A stretch of DNA of 64,000 bases. Source: Octopus sinensis (lineage: Eukaryota). Below are positions 38,504 to 52,160 of the stretch, one piece after another. Below the pieces are notes generated by a model. That model had not been told where the DNA came from. It ran no database searches and was given only the letters and a program-made list of their open reading frames with translations. Each line of letters begins with the position of its first letter. Positions within the stretch are counted from its first letter, which is position 1. The stretch is from contig NC_042997.1 in NCBI RefSeq assembly GCF_006345805.1, positions 204,662,001-204,726,000 of the forward strand, given 5' to 3'. The translations under genes were made by a program, and so were the position numbers.

Positions 38504-38926
38504 CATACACACACACCTTAAGAAGACATTCCTGCTGGTAGGGATAGGATTAAACCTTTTTGTAGATCTGATATATCTAGTAGGTCTATTCTAAATATAT
38601 ACAAATAGCAAATAGCCAGTACTAACATTATGTTGAGAGCCAAAAATGTTAAATAAAAATAACTTCAGAGTTGTTTCCCCTGCCTTTTGTTTACCAGAAT
38701 TTTTTTTTTCTCCTCGCTATGAGGGTAGTTTTAATTAATTAAAATTCTTTGGCTTGCTACATTATGTTAGTGCCTATTTAACAATTCTAAACATAGGTTG
38801 GTAACAAGAATGTAATAAGAGATTATAATATTCTTCAGAGAGGAATTATAGCTTTTGATGTTTGCCATTTTGCCATTCCATCAACAACAATTCCATCAGA
38901 ATGTCTGTATGATAGACAGAGATATT

Positions 38927-39073
38927 TCAGAGAGTTGAGTAACAGCAGCATTGTGGTGGTGGTGGTGGTAGTGGTGGTGGCAGTGGTGTTGGTGGTGGTG
39001 TTGGTGTTGTTGATGGCGTTGGTATTCTCGTTTCCTGCAAGTTGCTGTAAGACTGTAGCAGTTCAAGAAGTGT
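38927..39073 (-). CDS. Gene 1 terminal exon ([48 protein letters not shown])
   Basis: Acceptor TACTTTCATTACAG; phase 0 matches the preceding exon; TGA at 38929-38927. Confidence 0.7.
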   Translation of the reverse strand, partial: TLLELLQSYSNLQETRIPTPSTTPTPPPTPLPPPLPPPPPQCCCYSTL

Positions 39074-39459
39074 CTGTAATGAAAGTAATTATAATCAAAT
39101 GTGAATAAAGGGGAAAAAAAAAACCACCCATTGAAAACAGTATACATGCATGCACACAAAAATACACACACATGCACACACACATACATGCATGGATGCG
39201 TACGCATGCACTCACACACACGCACACATGCATGCACACACATGCATGCACACATGCACACACATGCACCGGCACACACACACACACACACACACACATT
39301 CTTTCTCATTCAGACACATAAACACACTAATGCACATACACACTAATGCATATATATATATACATGTCCTTTTGTTCCTCTTACGTCTGTTTTCCCATGT
39401 TAGCATGAGTTGAGTGAGTACCTATCGTGAGGCATGGTCTTACAGTCAGATACTCTTAC

Positions 39460-39525
39460 CTGCTTTGCAAGTAAATCGAATTTTATTCCACATATCTTTG
39501 AAAGTGCACAGCTTGCAGACAATTT
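39460..39525 (-). CDS. Gene 1 exon (KLSASCALSKICGIKFDLLAKQ)
   Basis: TTTAG acceptor (weak tract), CAG|GTAAGA donor, phase 0-0. Confidence 0.6.
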
Positions 39526-39699
39526 CTAAATTATCGTTGTTTGTTGTACAACGCCTTTTACATGCAGAGAAGGATGAAAATATTTTGACAAATTAAATTT
39601 AAGTGAATCTAACGGATTTTGTGTTTTTAAATGGCTTATAAACACCTTCCATGCTGCAACTGTATATATGTGTGTGTGTGTATATATATATATATATCT

Positions 39700-40152
39700 T
39701 GTTGTCGTTTAACGTCTGCTTTCCATGCTGGCATGGTTTGGACGGTGTGACTGAGGACTGGCAAACCAGATGGCTGCATCAGGCTCCAATCTGATCAGGC
39801 AGTGTTTCTACAGCTGGATGCCCTTCCTAACACCAACCATTCCTAGAGTGTACTGGGTGTTTTTATGTGCCACAGGCATGGAAGCCAGTCAGGCGGTTCT
39901 GGCAATGATCATGCTCAAAAGGTATTTTTTATGTGCTATCTGCATGGGAACCAGTCTGCTGGCACTGGCAACAACCATGCTCGAATGTTGATTTATCACA
40001 TACCACCGGCACATTTGCCAGTAAGGTGATGCTAGCAACGATCACTCTCAAATAATGGTGAAAAGTAATTGGTGTTAGGAAGAGCATCCTAGTATAGAAG
40101 CCATGTCAAAAGACATTGAATGTCAGCACAGTCCTCTGGATCATCTAACCCA
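39700..40152 (-). mobile_element. RTE 3'-derived family C element(s)
   Basis: CGTTTAACGTCTGCTTTCCATGCTGGCATGG..GGATGCCCTTCCTAACACCAACC. Confidence 0.75.
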
Positions 40153-40254
40153 TGTTAGTAAGGAATACACACATTAAATGATGATTATGTATGTATGTAT
40201 GTATTTATGTATGTATGTAAGTATGTATGCATGTATGTACATATGTATGCATGT

Positions 40255-40321
<67 letters not shown>

Positions 40322-40658
40322 CAAATATACATATATGTATATACATACAAATATACATATATGTATATACATACAAACATACATATATGTATATACATAC
40401 AAACATACATATATGTATATACATACAAAAATACATACATATATATATGTATGTACACATACATACATATATATATGTATATATACATATCATCATCATC
40501 ATCGTTTAATGTCTGCCTTAGATGATGATGATGATGATATATATATACATACCTAAGACCATATGCTTGGGAAGTAAACTTCTTAACGCACAGACATGTT
40601 TGCACCTAAATATAGTCACAATCAACATCGATGAATTTAAAATAGGCTATCCACTTAC

Positions 40659-40687
40659 CTTTGCTTGATGGTTCAGGTCTGTCTCAA
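40659..40687 (-). CDS. Gene 1 exon (VETDLNHQAK), 29 nt
   Basis: TATGTTTTTAG acceptor, AAG|GTAAGT donor; phase 1 to 0 exactly bridges the flanking exons. Confidence 0.7.
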
Positions 40688-40974
40688 CTAAAAACATACG
40701 ATATGTTTCATCAAGCCAGCTTGTGGTGCTTGTTGCTGGCTGATTAAGTAGAGTTCGGCTAACCAGTGAAGTATGAACAGAATCACATCTATGGTCTCTA
40801 CCACTGTCATTAAAAGGATCAACATTTTTATTGTCTTCTACCTGAATGAAATAAAACAGAAGGAACTCACTTAACGAACAAATGGGGGGGGGGGTAAAAG
40901 TGAATTATACTATTTTATTGCCGACACAACTAATTAGCTGAACTATTACACACAAGTAATTTTTTTTAAATGTC

Positions 40975-41172
40975 TTTTATTTTTTACTTGTTTCAATTAT
41001 TAGACTGCAGCCATGCTGGAGCACTGCCTAGAAGAATTGTTGCTCAGTTGAATTAACCCTAATACTTTTTTCCTTCTTTAAGCTCAGTACTTATCCCATT
41101 AATCTCTTTTGCCAAACTGCTAAGTTACAGGGACGTAGACAAACAAATACTGGCTGTTCGGCAGTGGTGGGA

Positions 41173-41210
<38 letters not shown>

Positions 41211-41370
41211 CGACAGGCTTCAATCAATTTCCGTCTACCAAAAATCACTCACAAGGCCTTGGTCAGCCCAAGTCTATAATAGAATACACTCACCCAAGGT
41301 ACCACCTGGTGGGACTGAACCCTGAACCACGTGGCTGGGAAGCAAGCTTCTTACCACACAACCATGCCTG
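40975..41370 (-). mobile_element. Family A SINE
   Basis: Head and tail similarity. Confidence 0.8.
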
Positions 41371-42477
41371 GTGAATATTTTTTTAAAAATCTATTTCAGT
41401 TGAAGTTATGATATTTTATAAATGTGTGTGTGTGTGTGTGTTTTCTAATATACATAGCTGAATTAAAAAATTTTTTTTTTTTGTGGTCATAAATTACTGG
41501 AGTCTGCTATAAACTGAAGGGTTGCATTGCTGGAACTGTTCTGAATAAGTGTTGAATAAAAGATGGTTATGATAGAAAATGAAGAGGCTGTAAAACAGTT
41601 AGCTTACATATAAGATCCAGACTATCTGTGAGCATGAGATGTCTTGAAAAGGTCTGCTTGAGTATTTCTCTAGAAGATTCCTTCACTTCTGTTGTGTTAT
41701 TATGATGAGGGTATGTAAGATTTAAGTGTTCTTAATCTTTAGCCATCCTAATCACTTGATTAATCCCTTCATCTTCCACATCATCATCATTTTCCCTTAC
41801 CCTCCCTATCACCATCACCACCACTGCTGCCACCGCCACCAGCACCACCACCATTACCACCACCATCATCATCATTACCACCACCATCATCATCATTACC
41901 ACCACCATCATTGTCGTTGTCATCACTGCCACCACCACTATCATCATCATCATCATTGTTATTCCCTCACAACATCCAGACTGAGTCCCAAAACTAAATC
42001 TTTTACCTTTACTCATTGACTTATCCACCTTAATCTTTTAATACACCCGCCACCCCCACTGCTTGACTGAGAGATATCTCTTAAACATTTCTTCTTAAAA
42101 CCATCATAGTCAAGTTTTACATGGTCACTTGTCTTTCAAAACATAGTAGCCAAATCGCCTTCACTCCTCATGTTACTGTCTTAAAAAGGGAAGAATAGAT
42201 TGGATAAGATAGTTTTAGCTTCAGGTAAGCTATGTCTGCAAAATAAGCAGATCTGATATATATAATGGACTTATTTTGTACAGTGCTCAGGTGCACTACA
42301 ACTCATGATAAAAAGTAGCCAAAATGTGGGTGAATAATACATAGAATAATGCACAGAAAATAAGGAGTGAAGGAATTGGTCAAACAAGAGGGTGGGTATC
42401 AGGGGTATTAGTGGTGAATTTTGGGAAGCATGGAAGTTTTAATAATAATAATAATAATAATGAAATTATTTTATATA

Positions 42478-42705
42478 TATTTCTTTATTGCCCTCAAGGG
42501 GCTAAACATAGAGGGGACAAACAAGGAGAGACAAAGGAATTAAGTCGATTATATCAACCCCAGTGTGTAACTGGTACTTAATTTATCGACCCCCGAAAGG
42601 ATGAAAGGCAAAGTCGACCTCAGCGGAATTTGAACTCAGAACATAATGACAGATGAAATACCGCTAAGCATTTCACCCAGCGCGCTAACGTGTCTGCCAG
42701 CTCGA
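42478..42705 (-). mobile_element. Family B SINE inserted among CR1 3'-tail fragments (42265-42460, 42705-42810)
   Basis: SINE core; flanks match the CR1 3' end at 49830-49925. Confidence 0.8.
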
Positions 42706-43186
42706 TAATGAAATTATCGTATATATTGCTCAGGTGCACTACAAGTCATCAAAGGTGCATGTACAATACATAGAATTATGTACAAAAGTCAGGAAAGTGA
42801 ACAGTAGTGTTCTGATACAGCTATCAACTGATTGTGGGTAGTTTTTTTTGTGCTTCAGCAATTCTGAGCATCAAAAAATGTTTCTGATTTACAAGATCAG
42901 AGTTGACCTGGGTTTAAATAATAACAATCACCTTTATTATAAATTAAACTTTAATATTCTCTTATGAAACACATTATTGATGGCTCAATGACAGAAAGTT
43001 TTGTGCACGGTGTATATCAAACTGGTTTAGTAAAATAGCATTCATACATACACAAATGCACACATTCATACATATACATACATTACACACACATACATAC
43101 ATGTATGCATGCATATATACATGCATACATACATATATATACATACATTAATACATACATATATAAGATATATATATATATATATA

Positions 43187-44116
43187 TTGTATTTCGGAAT
43201 GGTCATTTTGCCAGTTTAGTCAATAAAAACACTTGCACTATATATTTGGTGTTACTTTGCTTCAGCGTTATTTATTTTTTACATTAATCTTAATCTTATT
43301 TCGGCTAGAGTTCTTTCGTCACACTCCTGTGACCGCATCAGTGGTCCTTTGCTTTCATCTTTCTTATGTGTGTCTCTCTCCTTACTAACCGTCAGCCATT
43401 TTGTATTTCTATTATACAAATACCAGAGTGTCATGTTCGTTGACACCACCCCTAGAGGTGAACTGGTGTACCACTTTAGAAGGACCCTAGACAAACTTAA
43501 GCTAAGGATTAAGGTTGTTGAAAAGCCAGGCAACACTATCAAATCCATAATCGGTAGAACCTACCCTTTTAGTAGAACCCCCTGTACAGATAGGAACTGT
43601 ACTGTGTGTAGATTTAGCCCACAAACAAACTGTAAAGCCAGAAATGTAGTCTATAGTATAAGATGTATAGAGGGACGATGCAGTAACAAGACAACGACAT
43701 ACATAAGGGAAATGGCACGAAGCATAGGAGAGCGAATAAATGGACATTGGAGAGAACTTAAGGAAGGAAAGAGCTCATCGATTCTATACCAACATGCCGA
43801 GCAGGAACACAGGGGCTCAATCAACAACATAGAAGTTAAAATCTTGTCCACACATAGAACAGACGCAACAATCAGACAAATTACGGAAGCTACACACATA
43901 ATAGGAGATAAACCTAGCCTGAATAGGAAACTAGAATGGAACACTAGCACACACCACAACATATGACAGAAGAGGATCCCCATAAACTGGTTACAATATA
44001 AACAAAACTGAAAACATAATAAATAAGATAAAATACACAGATAAATAAACAAATAGAAGTAAATAACTATACATTTAAAAAAAAAATATTAAAAAAAATT
44101 TTTTTTAATTTAAAAA

Positions 44117-44169
<53 letters not shown>

Positions 44170-44637
44170 TAGTATTGTTGTTATACATACATACATACAT
44201 ACTTAATAGTAATAATAATGATAATAATAATAATAATAATAATAATAAGTGGATGTAAACACATGAACAAAATAAGAATAAACAAAAACAAATTACACGA
44301 ACATATATAAACAGAAGATACAAATATTACAGGCTTTCCGCCCCCCCACACACACTAACTAAACATAGATGCACATAGCGATATACGCATGCTCAAATGA
44401 AGACACATACAATAGGAATACAAAATGGCTGACGGTTAGTAAGGAAAGACACATAAATAAAAAAGAAGAAAGCAAAGGACCACTGATGCGGTCACAGGAG
44501 TGTGATGAAAGAACTCTGGCCGAAATAAGATTAAGATTAATGTAAAAAATAAATAACACTGAAGCAAAGTAACACCAAATATATAGTGCGTGTGTTTTTA
44601 TTGGCTAAACTGGCAATATGACCATTCCGAAATACAA
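43187..44637 (+). mobile_element. Penelope-like element (Neptune type): GIY-YIG endonuclease fragment flanked by inverted and direct pLTR copies
   Basis: ORF 43349-43966: PCTDRNCTVC..NCKARNVVYSIRC...TYIREMARSIGERINGH...RQITEATHI..KPSLNRK; 43187-43418 is the reverse complement of 44409-44637. Confidence 0.9.
44477..44521 (+). ncRNA. Minimal type I hammerhead-like motif in pLTR (variant core); twin at 43303-43347 (-)
   Basis: CCA-CUGAUGC-G-GUCACA-GGAG-UGUGA(U/C)-GAA-AGAACU-C|UGG. Confidence 0.55.
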
Positions 44638-44799
44638 CAATATCTGTTTCAACACACGATTTCACATAAAAAATCTTGCACAACAAATATATATATATTT
44701 ATATATTATATATGTATGGATGTATGTATGTATGTATGTACATATGTATGTATGTATATATGTATATATGTATGTATAGATGTATGTATGTATGTATGT

Positions 44800-45320
44800 A
44801 TGTCAGGTCACTTTCAAGTGCTACTGGTAACATGTAACCCAGTACAACCTGTTGCATGGTCGGGCTGTCGGCAACTAAACCGGCAACCCCACCAAGCTTG
44901 CTTGGTGAGGAGGGTGTTTATTGGACACCATGTGGGATGAAAAACAAAATCCGTCAAAGGGCGGAGAAACTCTTGAAAGTCAACGGCCATCCGATAAATG
45001 TGTATTTTTTTTCTTCTCTTAAGGCTTAAGGCTGTATCATGCGCGGGGACTCCTAGCCTTTGTTAGGGCATCCTTCTAGGAGAAGGTAACTCAGGTAACT
45101 AGGATAACTCCGACATAAAACCTGCGGCTCAGTGGTTACCGATGATGTTGACTTGTTCTTCTTTTCAGATTATGGCTGCTGTTGCTTAGTGAGTGGGATT
45201 GATTCAGTGCGCAGCCTTTCCTCACTTTAAAAAAATCTTCTTGCACAGGCATTGCACGATAACAACATTGATTAAGCTTCGTGCAATGGCCATACTCAAT
45301 AACGAGGGGGCAGCCACCAT
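44800..45320 (+). mobile_element. Possible RTE-type LINE 5' UTR fragment
   Basis: GGGCATCCTTCTAGGAGAAGG..AAACC motif reminiscent of RTE 5' UTRs; no ORF. Confidence 0.3.
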
Positions 45321-45459
45321 ATATATGTATATATATGTGTATATATATGCATATATAAGTGTGTATATATATGCATATATATGTGTGTATATATATGTGT
45401 ATATATATATGCATATATGTGTGTATATATATGTGTATATATATATGTATGTATGTGTG

Positions 45460-45512
<53 letters not shown>

Positions 45513-45651
45513 TCTTAATTGATGAAGTTGCAACATCACAAAAACTGTTACTCAGAGATATATTTGCATTTATTAATAAAGCATATTACTCTACCGCCAG
45601 TATTTGAGCACTATTTTTTTCCACCTTGTTTTGCATTTATGTGCTTACCTT

Positions 45652-45696
<45 letters not shown>

Positions 45697-46119
45697 ATAT
45701 ATAGATGTATGTATGTGTGTATATATATATATATGTATATACATATATACACACACATACACACTTATATATTGGTAAAAATAATATATACACACACACA
45801 CATATATATACATAAATATATGTAAAAATGATTTGAGTATGCATTCTCACACTAAGTGAAATGACAATGGGATCTAATGAAGGACTAATTTAATGAATCA
45901 CCTGAGGAGGTTCATTTTATACCTGGGATGAATGATAATAATTACACATCTCACCAATGTACAATGGTTGTAAAAATGTGTGAAAAGAATTGCAGTGTTT
46001 TAGTTCATTCTGTTGTCTATCATCTAACTATATAAGCCTTGTGTACATGAATGTGTGTGTGTGTCTGCATGTGTGTGTGTGTCTGCATGCATGTGTGTGT
46101 CTGCATGTGTGTGTGTGTG

Positions 46120-46660
46120 AATTAGGCAAGAATATTGAATGCTATTAAATATCATGATATGACTGGTGCCACGTATAAAGCACCCATGCTGGTGCCATGT
46201 GTAAAGCACCCGTTCTGGGGTCACATATAAAGCACCTGTGCTGGTGCCACATATAAAGCACCCATGCTGGTGCCATGTGTAAAGTACCTGTTCCGGTGCC
46301 ACGTATAAAGCACCCGTGCTGGTGCTATGTGTAAAGCACCCGTTCTGGTGCCACGTATAAAGCACCCATGATGGTGCTATGTGTAAAGCACCCGTTCTGG
46401 TGCCACGTATAAAGCACCCATGATGGTGCTATGTGTAAAGTACCCATTCTGGTGCCACATATAAAGCACCCGTGCTGGTGCCATGTGTAAAGCACCCGTG
46501 CTGGTTCCACATATAAAGCACTGGTGTTGGTGGCATGTAAAAAGGCACCCAGAACACTGTGTAAAGTGGTTGGTATTAGGAAGGACATCCAGCCCTAGAA
46601 ACCAGGCCAAAGCAGACAATTGGAGCCGGGTGCTACTATTGCTGACAAAAGCTTGTGATG
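46120..46660 (+). repeat. Family C derivative with ~15 copies of a 26-bp unit (alternating, 52-bp dimer)
   Basis: AAAGCACCCRTKCTGGTGCCAYGTRT at 26-nt spacing, ~46163-46540. Confidence 0.9.
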
Positions 46661-46759
46661 AGTATCTTTCATTTCCAATACGAGCAAAATGCCCCCTGTC
46701 CAATGGACGGTGCTGAATTATATCTGCTGAATAAAAAGCAATCAGTGTTTTCTTTTCCT

Positions 46760-47222
46760 TAAAAAATAATTAAACATGCCTTTATTTCAATAAAATTTTT
46801 GGTTTTGTTAAATGATGTTAAGGCAAAAAAAAAACTTCTTGAGAGACCAAATAGTCTTTCCTTCCTTCATGCCAAGTTTGATGAAAATATTTCTTTTGCA
46901 TCTTACTTTTTTGGTCTCTTCAATATACTGCATTTTGTGGCATTATTTCAAGCCAGCCGTTTTTTTTGCACAAACTGCATGTGCATTTTTTTGCTTACAC
47001 GTAGTATCGATCGCAACAGCTGATGTACTTGCACATACAAATGCATGTTCCCACGGCTTTATCGATCACATTCTCACCTGGAATTGATTTTTGTAATTTT
47101 TTCAAAACTTATACACACCCTGATACCGTCGATATCTACATATCAAATTTGAGTGCAATCGGATAGGAGGATGCCAGAGATCCTAGAAGACACACAGACA
47201 GACAGAACGGATTTTATTTAAC
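46760..47222 (-). mobile_element. Helitron-like non-autonomous fragment
   Basis: Minus-strand start ..ATAAAATCCGTTCTGTCTGTCTGTGTGTC..CCGATTGCACTCAAATTTG is typical of Helitron 5' ends; no clear 3' hairpin. Confidence 0.35.
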
Positions 47223-47987
47223 AGATTCTGCAAAAACATGTCAAACTACAGAGAAATATTGCTTTGCTTGGAAATAAATGTTGGTTGGCAACAAACAGGT
47301 CATCTTGCCATTTGAAGAACTATCTCAATAAACTCTTTTTAACCAATGCAAGCATGAAAAAGTGGACATAAATAAATGGTGATGATGATGATAACAGTGT
47401 ATGTATATTTATATATATATATGTGTGTGTGTGGTGGGGTGGGGGTTGGATGAATATGTGACATAGAAATAGACAACTGAATGAAGTATTGATTGCAGGT
47501 TAATATTTTGGTGGTGACAGATATCACATAAGTTCATTAACATATTCACAACTAGATGTGTTTGCACTCTGCACACACATTACAAACAGCATATAGGCTG
47601 TATGCACACTGCTCACAGGGAAACACTGACACAGTATTTTCCCTCTTCCTCTCTTCTTTCACACGCACACATCAACCACTCACAGCCAAATACCTACATT
47701 GTATGCATGCACACTCACTCACTCACTCACACGCACACACACACACACACACACACGTGTATGTATGAATCTGTGTGTGTATGTGTATTTACCATTTCAA
47801 ACATTTCATGGAATTGATTACAGCGTGATACGACACATACCACAAACACATGCACACACACACACTGATACACACCGACACACGGACTCACACATACATG
47901 GACGGACACGCACATACACACATGGACACTCACATACTCTTGCTGACTCTCTCACACACTTTCACATGTATGTATATATATATATAT

Positions 47988-48018
<31 letters not shown>

Positions 48019-48617
48019 CATGTGTGTGTGGGGGGTCATGTGATCATTACATATTTAGAACTGATTATAGTGTGATATAACACACATACATTCATGTATA
48101 AACTCACATGTATTTGTACTCTATGTGTGTGTTTATAGTCTGTGTGTGTATGTGAACCTTTACTATTTCAAACAGTTTTTGAACACACACACACATACAC
48201 AGGTATGCATACATATACAAACCTATATTGCATGTATCTTATGTATGTGTGTACATGTAAATATTCCTTACCATTTCAAATATTTTGGGGAACTCTGTTT
48301 GAAGTGTGATATAGCGCTCAATAAACAACTTCAAAAGTTCACGCAGCTGTTGTGTACTGGCAGATAACTGACCCTGAGAAAAAAAATATATATATGTATG
48401 TATGTATGTATGTATATATATATGTATAAGAGGATTTTCAACCTATCTTTTAATAAAGACATTTTTGATGCAGCAGCCCCCTATTACAATGAGGCTCTGG
48501 CAGCCAGTGGATTTAAGGGTTGCATCTTGTATATATGCTGAGACCTAACACCCACAAATGATAGCCCCACTGTAAAGTCCCTTGGTTTGCTCTACCCTTT
48601 TCACTCAATGCCAAAAC

Positions 48618-48708
48618 CTGCATGGAAAGAGTCTGCATCCTGTTTTTTGGCCATGTAAGATATCAACTTGGCTGTCTTTCTTTTATGTCTCTGCTGATAA
48701 ACTTTTAC
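48618..48708 (-). CDS. Gene 1 exon (VKVYQQRHKRKTAKLISYMAKKQDADSFHA)
   Basis: CCCTTCTTCAG acceptor, CAG|GTTTTG donor, phase 0 to 1. Confidence 0.7.
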
Positions 48709-48867
48709 CTGAAGAAGGGTTATGTATGAAATGTTGGATATTTTGCTCCCCAAAGCAATTTCACTGTGCTCATTCTGTCGTTTTAGCCTCTTAACACTTG
48801 ACACAGAGCCACTTCTCTCAATACCACCAGGGTATATTGTATCCTATGCACAATGAGGGGATTTTTT

Positions 48868-49270
48868 AAGGTGCAGGAGTGGCTGTGTGGTAAGTAGCTT
48901 GCTTACCAACCACATGGTTCAAGGCTCAGTTCCACTGCATGGCACCTTGGGCATGTGTCTTCTGCCATAGCCTTGGGCCAACCACCAGCTTGTGAGTGGA
49001 TTTGGTAGAAGGAAACTGAAAGAAGCCCTTCGTATATGTGTGTGCGTGTGTTTGTATGTGATATGTTTGTGTGTCTGTGTTTGTCCCCCACCATTGCTTG
49101 ACAACCGATGTCGGTGTGTTTATGTCCCCATAGCTTAGAGGCTTGGCAAAAGAGACCAATAGAATAAGTACTACGCTTACAAAGAATAAGTCCTGGGGTG
49201 GATTTGTCCGACTAAACATGGTGCTCCAGCATGGCCACAGTCAAAATGACTAAAACGAATAAAAGAATAA
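48868..49270 (+). mobile_element. Family A SINE
   Basis: Head and tail similarity. Confidence 0.85.
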
Positions 49271-49430
49271 AAAATATCTTTAGCAATAAACTGGTGTCAG
49301 CTTAAACTTTGACCACATTGAAAACCAGAAGACAAAGAAATATGAAAAGAAGCAGAGTCTGCATAAGCCACTTGGTCTAATGGTTAGGGTGTTACCCTCA
49401 CAGTTACAAGATCATGGCTTTGATTGCCAA

Positions 49431-49461
<31 letters not shown>

Positions 49462-49584
49462 AATGATAATAATAATGATAATAATGATAATAATAATGAT
49501 AATAATAATAATAATGATAATAATGATAATAATAATGATAATAATAATAATAATAATAATGACAATGATAATAATAATAATAAT

Positions 49585-49797
49585 ATTTTTTTACTAATTT
49601 AGGGCCTGAAATTTTTTTGGGGGGTGGCGGACAGTTGATTAGATTGACCCCAGTATGCAGCTGGTACTTAATTTAGTGACACCGAAAGGATGAAAGGCAA
49701 AGTCGACTTTGGCGGAATTTGAACTCAGAACGTAAAAACAGATGAAATACTGCTAAGCATTTTGCCTGGCATGCTAACATTTCTGCCAGCTTGTCAC
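49585..49797 (-). mobile_element. Family B SINE between (TAA)n tracts
   Basis: Core similarity. Confidence 0.8.
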
Positions 49798-49799
<2 letters not shown>

Positions 49800-49841
<42 letters not shown>

Positions 49842-50075
49842 AATTATTGTGTACAGTGCTCAAATGCACTACAACTCATACATAGAATTATGTACAAAAG
49901 TCAGGAAAGTGAACAGTGTATGAGTCATGATATACATGTGTGCATGCGTATGGCAGCATCGGGTATCAGGTGTAGTGTTGGCAAATTTCAGGAAGCACAG
50001 AGGTTTTAAAGGACGCAATGTCTCAGCAACTAACAACTGATGCTGGTAGTTTGTTCCATGCTTCAGCAACTCTGA
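49800..50075 (-). mobile_element. 3' end of second CR1 family with (ATT)n tail
   Basis: Reverse complement matches 51930-52100. Confidence 0.8.
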
Positions 50076-50589
50076 GGCAGTGCATTCTGTTTTTAAATAA
50101 GACACTTTATTTCACATTGCACCAGTCAACTCAGCTGTGAATGAGTAATGGACTGCAATGGACTGGCATCCTGTTCAGTGGGGTATGTTATAATGTCAGT
50201 CATTTACACAACATGGAAACCAGGTAACCAGTCTTATAAGCAAGAACTTGAGATAGTAATGTCTGAAACAAGCAAGGGATAAAAGATAAAAGAATATACC
50301 TAATACTACAATATCCATCCTCCTCATCATTATTATTTTAATATGGCTGCATGAGTCAAAATCATCATTATCACCAATGAGGTGTGATTTGAGGTAGATT
50401 TGGCTGCTACTTTTAGAATGTCAAACAACCCCAGCAATTTTGCAGTCCTTAGCTAAGTTAGATAATAGCTTCAAATTTTGATGATGATGATGATGATGAT
50501 GACAATGATAAGAGTCTGTGATTGGTTCCATTATGTAGTCTTTGGATTTCTTTCTAGAAGGAACACCAGAAAGGAATGTTCCATTCCAG

Positions 50590-50978
50590 GTAATGTGATT
50601 CCTTTAATCAATAGGCGCAGTGTGGCTGTGTGGTGAGAAGCTTGCCCCCTGACCACATGGTTCTGGGTTCAGTTCCACTGCATGGCACCTTGGGCAAGTG
50701 TCTTCTACTGTAGCCTCAAGCTGACGAAAGCCTTGTGAATAGATTTGGTAGATGGAAACTGAAAGAAGCCCATCATATATATGTGTGTGTGTGTTTGTCC
50801 CTCCACCATTGCTTGACAACCAATGTTAGTGTGTTTACATCCCTGTAACTTAGTGGTTTGGCAGAATAGACTGATAGGCTTACAAAGAATAAGTCCTGGG
50901 GTCGATTTGTTCAACTTAAGGCAGTGCTCCAGCATGACCACAGTCAAATGACTGAAACAAGCAAATGAATAAATGAAT
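50590..50978 (+). mobile_element. Family A SINE
   Basis: Head and tail similarity. Confidence 0.85.
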
Positions 50979-50992
50979 CTTAATATCTAACT

Positions 50993-51188
50993 TAGGTTAG
51001 CATGCCAGACAATATGCTTGGCAGCATTTTATCTGTCTTTACGTTCTGAGTTCAAATTCTGTCAAAGTCACCTTTGCTTTTGGTCCTTTCACTGTTGAGA
51101 AGATAAGAACCAGCTGAGCACTGGAGTTGATGTGATCGATTTAGTCCCTCCCTTACAATTGCTGGCCTTGTGCCAAATTTTGAAAATA
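50993..51188 (+). mobile_element. Family B SINE flanked by ATCTAACTTAG direct repeats
   Basis: Core similarity plus probable TSD. Confidence 0.75.
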
Positions 51189-51504
51189 TTATCTAACTTA
51201 GCTAAGGACTACAAAATGGCAGGGGTTGTTTGACATTCTAAAAGTAGCAGCCAAATCTACCTCAAATCACACCTCATTGGTGATAATGATGATTTTGACT
51301 CACGCAGCCATTGATAAGTGGATATTAAAATAATAATAATGATGAGGAGGATGGATATTGTAGTATTAGGTATATTCTTTTATCTTTTATCCCTTGCTTG
51401 TTTCAGTCATTAGACTGTGGCCATGCTGGGGCAGTACCTTGAAGAATCTTTAGTCAAGTGAATTGTCCACAGTACTTATTTTTTTTAAAGTCTGGTACTT
51501 ATTG

Positions 51505-52100
51505 TCAAGAAAGCCGAGGGTGTCTTGGCATTACTCAGCAATAACTTTGTCAGCCGCCCTCCAGCTATCTATTTAAGGTTGTGTATGATAATGGTGTGGC
51601 CATACTTAGAATTTGCATCACCAGTCTGGAACCCCTATCTTGCACAGGACATCAACTTCCTGGAAACTGTTCAGATACATGCAACCAAGCAAATACCCTC
51701 CATCAGGCATCTACCATACTCTGAATGCCTTGCTTCCCAGGGCATAGATACATTGAAGCTCCAATGTCTGGTAACTAACTTAGTAAACACCCACGAAATT
51801 ATTAACCAACTTGCCAACAACCACTTTGAGCGTCTTTCTAAGCACCATATATCTAACGCATGTGGACATGTCTACAAAGTCAGAGAACAGCACAGCTCAC
51901 ATAACTCTTGGAAACATTTTTTCACACTCAGAGTTGTTGAAGCATGGAACAAACTACCTGCATCAGTTGTTAGTTGCCGAAACATTACATCCTTTAAAGC
52001 CTCCATGCACCCTGAAATTCACCAACACTACACCTGATATCCTGCCTCCATATGCATGCATACATGTATATCATGGCTCATATAACAGAACATTGTTTTT
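51505..52100 (+). mobile_element. Second CR1 family, ORF2 C-terminus and 3' UTR
   Basis: YLRLCMIMVWPYLEFASPVWNPYLAQDINFLETVQ..ATKQIP.IRHLPY...HFFTLRVVEAWNKLP. Confidence 0.9.
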
Positions 52101-52160
52101 TTCTTTTGTTTTAAAGAACTCAAAGATAAATAATGAAAAATAACAGAATCTCTGGCATAC

